A stretch of DNA of 62,759 bases, taken from Saccostrea cucullata. Lineage: Eukaryota. This document shows, in pieces, positions 1-11,202 of the stretch. Both the position numbers and the translations under genes were made by a program. The notes under the pieces were generated by a model that saw only the letters and a program-made list of their open reading frames with translations, was not told where the DNA came from and did not search any database. Within the stretch, counting starts at the first letter, position 1. Every line of letters starts with the position of its first letter. Location: NCBI RefSeq assembly GCF_032062105.1, contig NW_026940866.1:62001-124759 (forward strand), written 5' to 3'.

Positions 1-1590
1 GAGTGCTAATCGTCTTTTCTTCTGGTCTTCCTTTTCCTTTTTCTCTACCTGCTCACTTACAGCCATGGCACCACTTTGCAATCTCCTAATATTTGATTCA
101 GCTTCTTTATGAGCTGATGACATTTCATGTTCCCTGAAACGATTCACGGCTTTTTTCCAGTTTGAAAAGCCATTTTTAGAAAAGGCCAATTCCGCATTTT
201 TACTCAGCATCAAAACATTTTTTTTAACAGCTTCTCTGCAGAAAAAGCAGAAAACATTCTTTCTGCTTGTGCAAAGTGTAAGCCAAGGAAAATCATCAAA
301 CCAGTTTCCTTGAACAGCTCTTGTTATGGTTTTATTCTTTCTTTTCATTGTGACTTTTGTTTGCTGTAGTATGTCTTTATCACGTGGTTGAAATGGAGTG
401 GGTAAAGTACAGCATATGTCTGCGCAGTCTTCTGTGAGTACTGTTTTTTTAGAGCAACTTGCATCAGTCAATGAATCGATTAACTCTGTATTTTCTGTGT
501 CAACTAAATTCTGTTTTTCTTCTTGTACTATTTCCCCTTCCATACTTTTTTGGGCACTTTCCTTGTTGCTGTCCTCTATGGCAGAATCCTGATCTTCTTT
601 GACTTGACATTTCTTTTCTTCATTCAGCGTGCTTGTTTTGTCACTCTGATCAGATTTAATGTCCATTTTTTCTGTCTCATTGTGTATGATTGATTTTTCT
701 TTACATGCTGTAAATTTTGAAAGTTTCGTCACTTCGGTTTGTTTCTCGAGTGTTTTATTCTTCTTCTGAAAGAAAGAACTTATGGATTTCTGTTGCTTAA
801 CCTTTCCTTTTGATTTCTTTGGACTTTCTGACAGTTTTCTTTTTTGATGTACCGATGTGTGTTTCTTTACGAGAGGTACAAAATGATTTGGTTCAAACAA
901 AGCACCATCACGTGTATCAAAATTTCCATCTCTAGTCCACATGATATACATATTCTCAATGTGCCCTACATCTACTTCATTTGAACGTAATGGGTTAAAT
1001 ACATTGTTGAAAAGTGGCCTGATTCCCATATTAACCTCAGGATAAACAGAGTATACAGGGCGTTGGAGAACTGTGGCCAATGCCATGATATGTATTAAAC
1101 CAGACCATGCCTTATCTTTACATGTAGAAAGTGCAACATTTCTCACATTGGTTTCATTTTCACTGCTAATCTCAGCTGTAGGATAAATCATTGCTCTTGC
1201 ATCACTTAAATTCCTGGACATAAATTCTGGGTTCTTGATGACAGTTTCTAAAGCAGGGTGGTCTGTGTACAATTGTCCATTGCTGAAGAGTTCACAAGCA
1301 GTTAAAATACGTAGACTTGTGGACAAGTGCTCATCTCCACAGAGTACAAGTGACGCACTATTATATAAGCAATTTCCATTTCCCGTGCATTTCAGGGCTT
1401 GTTGGCCACCTTCATCTACATTTATTTCCGATGGAATTAACACTGATGCTAATTTATCTGATTAGAGTCTTTCATAATCAGATTGACACGATTCATCCTG
1501 GACTCTACGCAAATGTTTCAAACGTATGCTTACCACAGAATCCTCATCGTTTTTCTTCATTGCTGACAATAAATTGTCAAGATCATTCAT
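1..1590 (-). pseudogene. Transposase N-terminal region: OTU/vertnin-like cysteine protease domain + charged linker + TTF-type zinc finger; one in-frame stop
   Basis: Manual translation from ATG 1590: MNDLDNLL...YERL*SDKLAS...KCTGNGNCLYNSASLVLCG...AWSGLIHIMALATVLQRPVYSVYP...IYIMWT...FEPNHFVPL...WFDDFPWLTLCTSRKNVFCFFC...GFSNWKKAVNRFREHEMSSAH. TAA at 1464-1462 (codon 43). Splice acceptor at 1596-1595. Absent from the ORF track because it has no stop inside the window. Confidence 0.8.
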
Positions 1591-2375
1591 TGTTCTAAAA
1601 TAAAATTCCAGGTGTTCAAATAGATTTAGCTTTCGTTGATTTTTGTTTCAGTTACAGTAACGTTAACATTTCACTTTGTTAACTCTAGAATAGCATGAAT
1701 AAATTGTCTTATACAACAGTTTTATCTCTGACTGTATTAATTCTGTATCAATTTAATCATTTTGCTAATAACACAAAACAAAATAATCATAAAAACTTAC
1801 TGCATGATTGTAAGAGATGATCAGACTCCAAGCACACATGTGTAATGACTAATGAATCGGCAAATAAAACAAAACAAAAAAATCCAGAGGTTGACAAATC
1901 TTACTGCATGGCCTACGCGTTAAACAAGAAATGAGATACAGCAAATAAATAATGACTTTTAGATGTCAGTACAAGGGTCAGCTTGTGCTTCTCATTTAAT
2001 TTTGTTAGATAACAGATGCTGAGTGAAACAGAAACGTCAAATTTATTACCCTTTTTGACTGTTCGCTTTATTCAATTCAATTCTTTGACCCGCACGGACC
2101 TATCCCAAACATTCGTATACAAGAGGTCTTAAAAGATTTACTTACTTTATTTGTATTACATTACTATTACTTCAAGAGAAACGCTTACTCAGACGTTGCT
2201 GAAAATAAAATAAATTTGATAAAATGAGGTTTAAAATATAATTTCATAATTTCAACATAGCTGTGATTTTGTTCTTCAATAAGTGGGGGGGCACAGACAT
2301 ACTCTTGCCCCCCCCCCCACTTCTGAAAGTGGGGGGGCTAGTGCCCCCGCTGCCCCCCCTGTGACTACGCCTATG
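1..2375 (-). mobile_element. hAT-superfamily DNA transposon (ZMYM1/TTF-type), 5' part; runs off the left edge
   Basis: Minus-strand terminus CATAGGCGTAGTCACAGGGGGGG with G/C-run subterminal region (2284-2375), followed by a long reading frame containing a TTF zinc finger typical of hAT transposases. Other end and TSD are outside the window. Confidence 0.8.
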
Positions 2376-2730
2376 AAATGCATGCTAAGAGTGTGTTTAT
2401 GGTTGGACATCATTGTTACTATAACTTGTACTAAAAATGCATTCTTGATAAATTGTATTTGTGATAAAAAAAATTCTTTACAGTTTCCGGATTTAATTTT
2501 TTTTTTTATGGAATAAATACTTGTTACTTGTAGAACATTTGAGATTGAAATAGCCATGTGAATTAATGCTAATTTAGTTGATGTAAGTAGAGGAGTTCAG
2601 CTTGGATTATTTTTATATAATTTGATGAATTATTTTTTTTCCAACAATGAAAGTAAATAATGTTATATATATTTATCTCCATAAATGAAGCATAGCTATA
2701 TGCTGTACAACAAATTTGTTTGTCTACATA

Positions 2731-4138
2731 AGGTGACCTATTGCTATCCGTTTTCGTTCGTCGTGCGTTAACATTTGAACATTTTCAGCTTCTTCTCTGA
2801 AACCGCTGAACCAATTTTAACCACTTTTGGCATGTAGCATCTATGGGTGAAGAAGAAAAATTATGAATTATGGCCCCTGCCCCCCCCCCCTGGGGGTGGG
2901 GCCAAAATCACTAAAATTAGTGCAATCTTTAAAAGTCTTCTTCTTTACTCCTGGACATCAAGCAGTCAAACTGTTGGCATAAATGTAATGAGCACTGAGT
3001 GCCTCTAACAAAATTGTGAAATTCATGGCCCCAGGTTCAGGGATAGTAGTGCTAGGGCGGGGCTATTTAGATTATATAGTGAAAATGCATTATTTCTTTG
3101 AAAATCTTCATCTCTGCCACTTGGTATTTAATAAACTAAGTATATATGATGAGCAAGAGTGCCTCTTTCAAAATTGTGAATTTTATGGCCCCAGGGTCAG
3201 GGGTTCTGGTGTGCGGCGGGGCTCTATTGATTATATAGTCAAAGTGAATTAATTCTTTGAAAGTCTTCTTCTCTGCTCCCAGATATTAAATAAACTAACT
3301 AAGTACATAGTTCTGACGGGCAAGAATGCCTCTTCCAAAATTGTGAATTTTATGGCCCAAGGGTCAGGGTTTCTAGTGTTTGGGGGGCCTCTATTGATTA
3401 TATAGTGAAAATAAATTATTTTTTCTGAAAATCTTCTCTGCTCCTAGGTATCAAATTAACTAACTAATTACATAGTTATGATAAGCAAGAATGCTTCTAT
3501 CAAAAGTGTGAATTTCATGGTTATGGGTTTCAGGGGTTCTGGTGGAAGGGCGGGGCTTTAGAATGATTATATAGTGAAAATACATTAAATTTTTGAAAAT
3601 TGTTTTCTCTGTTCCTGGGTATTAAGCAGATGAACTACCTATGTAGTTATGATGAGCAAGGGCCCTTTCTCTAGAATTGTGAATTTCAAGGCCCCAGGGT
3701 CAGGGGTGCCATGGGGGGGGGGCTCTACTTATATACTGAAAATGAATTAATTGTTTGAAATCTGCTCCTTTATATTATTCAAACATTTTTGATAAGCAAG
3801 GGTGGCTTTTTAAAAATTGTGCAATATGTGGACCTAGGGTAAGGGGTTTATGTGTGGTAGGGACACTACTCATTATTGCTGAATATTACTGATTAGCTGA
3901 AATGCATTTTTGTTCTCCTACCCTGCCTATGGGTATTAAGTAACCAAACGAAGCAACTGCTAAGTGTATAAGTCGGGGAAATAAATGTTGAAAAAAGTGT
4001 ATGCTTATGATGAGCAATGGCGCCTCTTTCAAAATTGTGAATGCCATAGCATCTGGCTTAAAATATGAACCAAATTCAATCACTGGAAAGTTGTTGCATG
4101 ATCCTCAGGTGACCTATAATGCCCATGAGCCTCTTGTT
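2731..4138 (+). mobile_element. Non-autonomous Helentron-type (HINE/DINE-1-like) element with internal ~165-bp tandem repeats
   Basis: Head AGGTGACCTATTGCTATCCGTTTTCGTTCGTCGT; repeated AAAATTGTGAATTTCATGGCCCC units near 3010, 3171, 3338, 3503, 3675; end CAGGTGACC + GCCCATGAGC hairpin + TCTTGTT. Confidence 0.75.
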
Positions 4139-4538
4139 CATTTTCGACTGATACACAACGAGAGAAAAGGCTTCCACCTCGCCACGCTAGCGCTTAAACT
4201 TCGCGTGATTATTTATCTTAACAAATAGTGAAAGTGGGATTTGTGTCCCCGTACGGCAACATAGCAAAGGTTAAGTTTTCTCGTATGCAAATCAAACCTG
4301 TAAGGCCTTTGCACAAGATATACAAATGTGAAATATAAATCCTCGCACCACCTGTTCAAAAGTTATGAACAAGGTTAACGTTTTCAATGGTAGGTCAAGC
4401 TCCGGGTCAATGTCAAAGAGCCAAGGTTATTGGTTTCTTAGGAAAGGACTTGACACAGAGATTACATATGGGAAGTATGAAAGCCCTAACCGTTCAAAAG
4501 TTATTGCCAAAATAAAGTTTTAAAAAGTACGTCAAAAT

Positions 4539-5842
4539 CACAGGCCTTAAGATCGCTTAGAAAAAAAATTGAGGTGTTGAAAAAAAAAAAATAAAGGTAT
4601 GGAACTCTTTTCGCCTCTTTTCATAGGGTACCAACTTTCGCCAATAAAATTCTTTTAAATCAAATGCTTTACAATTTTACTTTTTATCCATATCTATTCA
4701 TATATAAACAAATTTCATTACTACCAAATTTCATTCCGTAATTCCTTATACTTCTCAAGATATTCTGAAATCAATTCCAAAATTGACCTAAATTTTTTTA
4801 CTCGACATCATCGTCTCAAGCCACGATCCGGAGTCCGCATATAGCTCTCTCCTACCCGTGGCTGCTTGATCACAAAAAGTGTCGTAATCTTGAATATTTA
4901 CGCCTCTCTATTGTGACGACATATTCAGTCAGTGGCAGGTTTTGTTTCCATCGCAATCGAAATCTGCGATTGGATATTGAAAGGTCGCGATAAAGTTCAT
5001 CATCCGACTATGCCTTACTCGCATTGGTCAATATCTTAATGAGCTACGAAGAATTCTCTACTCGTTCAACCACGGCCAGAGGGGAGAGGAGCGTACATTT
5101 TGGCCGTAGTTTGCGACGATGACTCGACATCAGCTTGGGCCTTTGGAGGGCTACACTAATTTTTAAGCTGGAACGACGGGACAAATTTTCCCCGGAGTTT
5201 ATTCTAAGCTCAATGAATATTTTCTCATTTGCATTCGAGCTTTACATGGATTTTCTCTAATTTGATCATATGATCTTACTTAGTCACAAACAACATTTTA
5301 GCGGTCTAATTGTTTTGAGAATCGAACGGTATATAATGCATTCCGGGAATAAATCGTTCGACCATAGCTTCTTTTACATTCATAATCAACATGGCGGTGT
5401 TGTTGTTGATGCAGACGTTTTCAAGTTAATTTTTCGCGAAAGGAATTAATACGGACTTAACCTTACAATCCGGAGTAAGAAATCAACTTTAAAATGTTGA
5501 AAGATCTTGCAAATACTATGCAACTCTTCGCTGCACTACTTCAAACACCGTCTGTTTACATGTGAAGGCTAGGGGCCCAAGCTAATGTCGAGTAAAAGAA
5601 AGGTCATTTTTGAGATTGATTTCAGAATATCTCGAGAAAAATACGGAATTTCGGAATGAGCTTTGGTAGGAATGAAGAATGTTTATCTATGAATACATTT
5701 AAATAGAAAGTAGAACTTTAGAGCATGTGAATAAAAAATATTTTATAAGCGCAATTTGGTACCCGGTGTAAGAGTTCATGATCAGTACCTTTATTTTTTT
5801 TTTTACACACAATTTTTTTTACAAGCGATCCAAAAGCCTGTG
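4539..5842. mobile_element. Non-autonomous DNA transposon with long (~270 bp) imperfect TIRs and 8-bp TSD (P- or hAT-like)
   Basis: TIR CACAGGCCTTAAGATCGCTTAGAAAAAAAAATT versus reverse complement of the right end CACAGGCTTTTGGATCGCTTGTAAAAAAAAATT; inverted similarity continues 4625-4810 versus 5580-5765; perfect TSD GTCAAAAT at 4531-4538 and 5843-5850. Confidence 0.85.
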
Positions 5843-5921
5843 GTCAAAATCTATGGTAATAGTTGTTGGTATTCAATGAAAAGTCTTGTCACAAGGATTA
5901 CATATGTGAAGTTTGAACGCC

Positions 5922-6131
5922 CAGGGGCCCATTTTACGAAAGAACCTAAGACTAAGACCATAATTCATTCTGCTTCTAATTTTCTTATTTGCATTACATT
6001 GTTGATGATTTTAAACTTTTAAAAAGAAATGTAGAAAGAAATTTCAAACTGAATAATTAATTTTGCAAACTTTTATTATCAACTCAAGTTTTTAGTCTTA
6101 GGCGTAAGTTCTTTTGTAAAACGTGCCCCTG
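5922..6131. mobile_element. MITE, 210 bp, 3-bp TSD (PIF/Harbinger-like; superfamily uncertain)
   Basis: TIR CAGGGGCCCATTTTACGAAAGAAC / CAGGGGCACGTTTTACAAAAGAAC; GCC on both flanks. Confidence 0.75.
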
Positions 6132-6419
6132 GCCCTTACTATTTAAAAGTTATGGCCAAGGTAAAAGTTCTTTAAAAGTAGGTCAAACTCCAAGGTAAAA
6201 AGTTGTTGGTATCCAATGGAAGGTCTTGTCACAAAGAATATATATGTCAAAAATAAAAGTCGTAGAATCAACAGTTCAAAAGTTTGGAATTTTGGTGTAA
6301 AAGTGTGTCCAACTCCAAGATCAACAGGTCAAATTTGGTGGTACCCCAAGGAAAGGCCCTGTCACAAGAAATACACCTGTGAAATATGAAAGCCATAGTC
6401 CCATCCTGTCAAAAGTTAT

Positions 6420-7526
6420 TAGAGTTGGGTATTGCGAAGGAAATCCATATTGCGATATATTGCAATATTTTACTTTGAATATTGCAATATATTGCAATAT
6501 ATTGTAGATTAATTATCATTAATAAATTTGAGCAGAATGTTTGAAATGCTGTCAAGTTCAAAGACTATTTGAATTTATCTTTAAGTTTAAAAGCGAGAGG
6601 AGGGATAAGACATTAATTGCACACCAAATTAACACTTTACTTTTAATCAAATTCCAGGTAAAATAGTAAAACAAGATGAACTCTCTTGGAGAATTATCAC
6701 ATTGAAATAATTTTTTCACAGATTATGTCTTTTTTCATTGAATTCTTTTTTTTTTGAGGGGGGGGGGGGTAATGAAGTAGCATAAAATGTTATTAAAGAT
6801 TAAAACAATATACATATTAGGCCTATATGAAAATAATTTTATTGTGGTTACAAAATAAAATTTAAAAACCAGAAAGAAATTGTGACCTGTTTTCGTGCGT
6901 TTTGGCAATTTAGTCTAACCCGACCTAATTTCACATCAAGACGTACAATCAGGAAATGGCCTGTTTTAATATATACATGCTCCTGCTATATCATAAGGTG
7001 TTTAAAATGGCATGAAAGTTATTAAAAATAATTAAAACAACACTGCTACAAGTGAAAACATGGATGACCATTTACTTTTAATATGTACATGTATATTGAA
7101 CTTGACATTTCACCGCGATGTCGATCGTGTAGATTCAATGTGAGATTTTGAGAACCGCAATGCATATGGTATACACCCTGTAAAAATGTTTTATATATTT
7201 TCTTCCTTTTAAATTTTATTTGAAAGTCTTATTAATTAGTAATTTTATTTCAAAGTAAGATATTCAAAACTGCAACAGTGAATTAAAAGCTTCCACCCCT
7301 CTCTCTTTCTCTCTCCCGAACGAAACTGACGAAGAATTCTTTCAACGAGAAAGAAAAAGACTTAGAACTTTCCAGTTTTATTTTAACAGTTTCTACAATA
7401 AAGGAGGTTTATATATATTTTTATAAATATCGTGAAATACCGGTATCTGATTTTCATATCGCGATATATTATCGTGGTGGATAATACCGCAATATACCGA
7501 TATACCGGTAATATTGCACACCCCTA
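6420..7526 (-). mobile_element. 1.1-kb non-autonomous hAT element, copy 1
   Basis: Near-identical reverse complement of 9280-10388; termini TAGGGGTGTGCAATAT / TAGAGTTGGGTATTGC. Its flanks AAAGTTAT and TTGTTCCA do not match each other but match the copy 3 flanks in reverse. Confidence 0.92.
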
Positions 7527-7597
7527 TTGTTCCATGTACATTTTAAAAATTTCTTTGACGAGTAAAACAATATGCGTTTCTTTTTTTGTTTAGTATA
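7527..7597 (-). mobile_element. Displaced 5' end (TIR) of the Tc1-like element at 14313-15113
   Basis: 7571-7597 TATGCGTTTCTTTTTTTGTTTAGTATA matches 15087-15113 at 26/27 nt, in direct rather than inverted orientation. Confidence 0.75.
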
Positions 7598-7815
7598 TTA
7601 TCTAAGAAATCAATATAATTGTACAGAATGACAATAATGTAATTTTGCTTCAGTCATACAGTCATAGCTGAAGTAAAGTTCTATCGCAAATATGAACATC
7701 AGAAGATTATAAATGTTCTTTTTCCCTCTTCTTTAAAAAATTAATTACAATTTTGCAATAGCAAAAAAAAATCTGACATCAAAATTGCAGCTCATATTGC
7801 TTTAATAAATCTTAC

Positions 7816-7984
7816 TTTCGCAGTTGGAATCACTTCTATTGTAGCTGAAATGAGCGTCTTTCAGTTCCTCATAATAACACATCTGCTTAGACTGCGGTCT
7901 TTTAGAAAGGTAGCCTGCGCCATACACTGTATCTGTGTAAAATAAACCGAGTATAAACGTGACTAGTAAGACCCGTGATGCCAT
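7816..7984 (-). CDS. Nacrein-like alpha-carbonic anhydrase, exon 1 (signal peptide); inverted relative to exons 2-11
   Basis: MASRVLLVTFILGLFYTDTVYG-AGYLSKRPQSKQMCYYEELKDAHFSYNRSDSNCE: hydrophobic signal peptide, HFSY motif at the start of the alpha-CA domain, phase-1 donor A|GTAAGA that matches the phase-1 acceptor at 20494. Confidence 0.85.
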
Positions 7985-8018
7985 GCCAGCGGAATAAAGA
8001 AACAACCTAAATCCCCTC

Positions 8019-8026
8019 CTTTTATA
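8019..8026 (-). promoter_or_regulatory. TATA box of the carbonic anhydrase gene
   Basis: TATAAAAG on the minus strand, 35-42 nt upstream of the exon 1 ATG. Confidence 0.6.
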
Positions 8027-8951
8027 GCAAAGAATAAAACCTCGTTACGTAAGAAGTGTGATTTGTGTGCAATTTTTATACGGATGTAGAAGTGAAAATG
8101 TGCCAAAAAATTCAAATTAATCCATTAGCAAGTATCTTGTACTTAAATAAATTGTAACACTAGCACAAGTTTATTCCCCCATAAATTAATGTTAACTTAT
8201 GCGATACATTGAATCTGTTTAATATGTATTAAAAACAGTTTCTCTATTTTTGCAATTTTTTGCCATTTCATTTAAGTCATCGCTAATTGAAATCTCATTA
8301 ATTTTTGTTAAGAAACATGTAAAAAGAAAATGACTTATTACATAGAATAAATATGATGAACTAATACGATAACGCAAAAGAAAGTTGAACATTCTTTTCC
8401 CAGATACTTGAAAAACAGTCTAATTTTGACCCAATTGTCAAATGATTTTCTTAACGAAAGTTCCGAATACAACTTTTTCAATTCGTCTGGTCTATGAAAT
8501 GTTATTGTAAATTTTATATGACATCCCAAAACAATTGAGGTAAAACCGACGCCAGAAGGGAGGGGGTATCTTTCCCCAACATTTTGTAAGGTTTAGTTAT
8601 GGTAAACTGGCCACAGATCTAGTAAATGTTTAAACAGGCTGTAGAGAAATGAAGTGCATTCAAATATTTTCAATAAAAGAAAAAGATTCGGAGAAAAGAG
8701 ATGCTCTAAGATATTGTTGTTGACCGTAGAAAGTCAATCACGTCTATAAGTTCAATCGCGGATGACATTCACCCCTAAAAGCAAATACACCTCACATCTT
8801 TTCCTCTGTATAGATCTATTAACAATAATTTAAATTAAAATTAATTCGATGTTCATGAAATTGTAAAAAAAAAAAAAAAATAAACAAAGCACTCTGCGTG
8901 GCGCAGTGGTTAGAGCGTCTGCTCTAGAGCCGCGAAGTAAGGAGTCAATTC

Positions 8952-9189
8952 GGTCCTCAGTAGCCCCCTTGCTTGTCGTAAAAGGCGACTAAATGGGGCG
9001 GTCCTTCGGATGAGACCGTATAAACCGAGGCCCCGTGTCACAGCAGGCGTGGCTCGATAAAGATCCCTCCCTGCTCAAAGGCCGTAAGTGCCGAGCATAG
9101 GCCTAAATTTGCAGCCCTTCACCGGCAATGGTGACGTCTCCATATCAGTGAAATATTCTGGAGAGGGACGTTAAACAGTATACAATCAA
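8952..9189 (+). mobile_element. Headless SINE copy (V-domain-like body, CAAT-repeat tail) inserted into a related SINE
   Basis: TSD TCAATTC at 8945-8951 and 9190-9196; core CCTTCGGATGAGACCGTATAAACCGAGGCCCCGTGTCACAGCAGG; tail ACAATCAATCAAT. Tail fragments recur reversed near 21560-21610 and 40698-40760. Confidence 0.75.
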
Positions 9190-9279
9190 TCAATTCTTTC
9201 GTCGCGGGTTCGAATCCCACTGTGGGACGCGGAGACCGGTCATTCGGATGAAACCGTGTAAAAATCTAGGTCCCGTGTC

Positions 9280-10388
9280 TAGGGGTGTGCAATATTACCG
9301 GTATATCGGTATATTGCGGTATTATCCACCACGATAATATATCGCGATATGAAAATCAGATACCGGTATTTCACGATATTTATAAAAATATATATAAACC
9401 TCCTTTATTGTAGAAACTGTTAAAATAAAACTGGAAAGTTCTAAGTCTTTTTCTTTCTCGTTGAAAGAATTCTTCGTCAGTTTCGTTCGGGAGAGAGAAA
9501 GAGAGAGGGGTGGAAGCTTTTAATTCACTGTTGCAGTTTTGAATATCTTACTTTGAAATAAAATTACTAATTAATAAGACTTTCAAATAAAATTTAAAAG
9601 GAAGAAAATATATAAAACATTTTTACAGGGTGTATACCATATGCATTGCGGTTCTCAAAATCTCACATTGAATCTACACGATCGACATCGCGGTGAAATG
9701 TCAAGTTCAATATACATGTACATATTAAAAGTAAATGGTCATCCATGTTTTCACTTGTAGCAGTGTTGTTTTAATTATTTTTAATAACTTTCATGCCATT
9801 TTAAACACCTTATGCTATAGCAGGAGCATGTATATATTAAAACAGGCCATTTCCTGATTGTACGTCTTGATGTGAAATTAGGTCGGGTTAGACTAAATTG
9901 CCAAAACGCACGAAAACAGGTCACAATTTCTTTCTGGTTTTTTAAATTTTATTTTGTAACCACAATAAAATTATTTTCATATAGGCCTAATATGTATATT
10001 GTTTTAATCTTTAATAACATTTTATGCTACTTCATTACCCCCCCCCCCCCTCAAAAAAAAAAGAATTCAATGAAAAAAGACATAATCTGTGAAAAAATTA
10101 TTTCAATGTGATAATTCTCCAAGAGAGTTCATCTTGTTTTACTATTTTACCTGGAATTTGATTAAAAGTAAAGTGTTAATTTGGTGTGCAATTAATGTCT
10201 TATCCCTCCTCTCGCTTTTAAACTTAAAGATAAATTCAAATAGTCTTTGAACTTGACAGCATTTCAAACATTCTGCTCAAATTTATTAATGATAATTAAT
10301 CTACAATATATTGCAATATATTGCAATATTCAAAGTAAAATATTGCAATATATCGCAATATGGATTTCCTTCGCAATACCCAACTCTA
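9280..10388 (+). mobile_element. 1.1-kb non-autonomous hAT element, copy 2
   Basis: TAGGG...CTCTA termini, subterminal CGATAT/GCAATAT repeats, perfect 8-bp TSD CCCGTGTC (9272-9279, 10389-10396). Confidence 0.95.
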
Positions 10389-10457
10389 CCCGTGTCACAG
10401 AAGGTGCTAGCACGGAAAAAAAAGACCCACTGCTCAATGGCTCTGAGTGCCGAGCGT

Positions 10458-10745
10458 GCCGCCGTGTGCTCCTTGTCACGATCGGGAAATAACAGAAAAA
10501 TCCGTCGTCAATTCAGCGTATAAATAATGGACTAATAAACAATTAGTAGGAAAAACGTCAGTCAGCAGTTGACTAAATTATAAATTGTATTTGCTGACAA
10601 GGTCATTTTATCGACCATATATATTACGATTGTTTGCGCATTGTCCTCCACTCTTTTATAATTTCTCCATCACTCCTTTATTAGTATTTTGATGGTTAAT
10701 TTTCGCCTGCGTGCCATAGGCGTAACATATGAAGCCAATAAATAT
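10458..10745 (-). mobile_element. Penelope-like element remnant (RT C-terminus and 3' region)
   Basis: CGCCGTGTGCTCCTTGTCACGATCGGGAAA..AAATTGTATTTGCTGACAAGGTCAT shared with the copies at 19972-20345 and 52020-52560. Confidence 0.6.
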
Positions 10746-11202
10746 TGATACATCACATGTATTCAGATGTTTAAAATTTTAATTTCAATCAATAATATAA
10801 TATATATGCATAATATAGCTGTTTATGGAATTTGAAAATTAAAGCACATTTTGTTGCTTTTTTAAAAAATCAAAACTGCTTTCACGTATCCTGTTCCATA
10901 TCCTTTGATGTGTAAAAAAAAACCCCATTGGGCAATCTTAATATTTATGTAACAATTTTAAAAGAAATCCCCTGAGAATTTAGCGTGTGTCACGTCCTTT
11001 GTTGAACAAAATAGTTTGATGTGTATATTTGAACCCTGAAATGTGCAAGTGCAAGGAACGCCCCACATATAGTAATTTTGTTTCGATAATAACAAACGGT
11101 TTTCTCTTCAATATTCTTTCAGTTAAACTTAAATATTTAATCACGCAATATAGAATCTGTATTAAAATCTTTCGTTTATTGAATCTTTTCAAATATATTA
11201 TT

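Larger units (their letters stand above)
4219..6419 (-). mobile_element. Degenerate Helentron-type tandem-repeat element (AAAGTTATGGCCAAGGT/GGTCAAACTCCAAGG units), interrupted by two MITEs and cut at the inversion breakpoint
   Basis: Repeated GTCACAAG..ATGTGAAATATGAAAGCCC..TCAAAAGTTAT units at 4310-4530, 5850-5920 and 6135-6419. Its continuation lies reversed at 13191-13090. Confidence 0.65.
8889..10457 (+). mobile_element. tRNA-derived SINE (V-domain-like body), interrupted by a second SINE and by hAT copy 2
   Basis: A box TGGCGCAGTGG (8899-8909), B box GGTTCGAATCC (9207-9217); body TTCGGATGAAACCG..AGGTCCCGTGTC resumes after the hAT TSD as ACAGAAGGTGCTAGCACG..CTGCTCAATGGC. Confidence 0.7.

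Noticed and set aside
7802-8005. Stand-alone 67-aa secreted peptide gene, or trans-splicing to exon 2
   Set aside because: The donor phase and HFSY motif fit CA exon 1, and the swapped TSDs explain the strand switch by DNA inversion without invoking trans-splicing.
8952-9005. HDV-like ribozyme at the 5' end of the inserted SINE
   Set aside because: A hairpin followed by CTAA is present, but there is no room for P3/L3/P1 between the candidate P2 and P4 strands.
8889-9225. tRNA gene
   Set aside because: A and B boxes are split by a 238-bp insertion and followed by a SINE body; this is a SINE head.
9872-10492. Repeated short ORFs MKLGRV... and MNLTAF... (also 13797-14392)
   Set aside because: They recur only because they lie within copies of the non-autonomous hAT element; no coding features.
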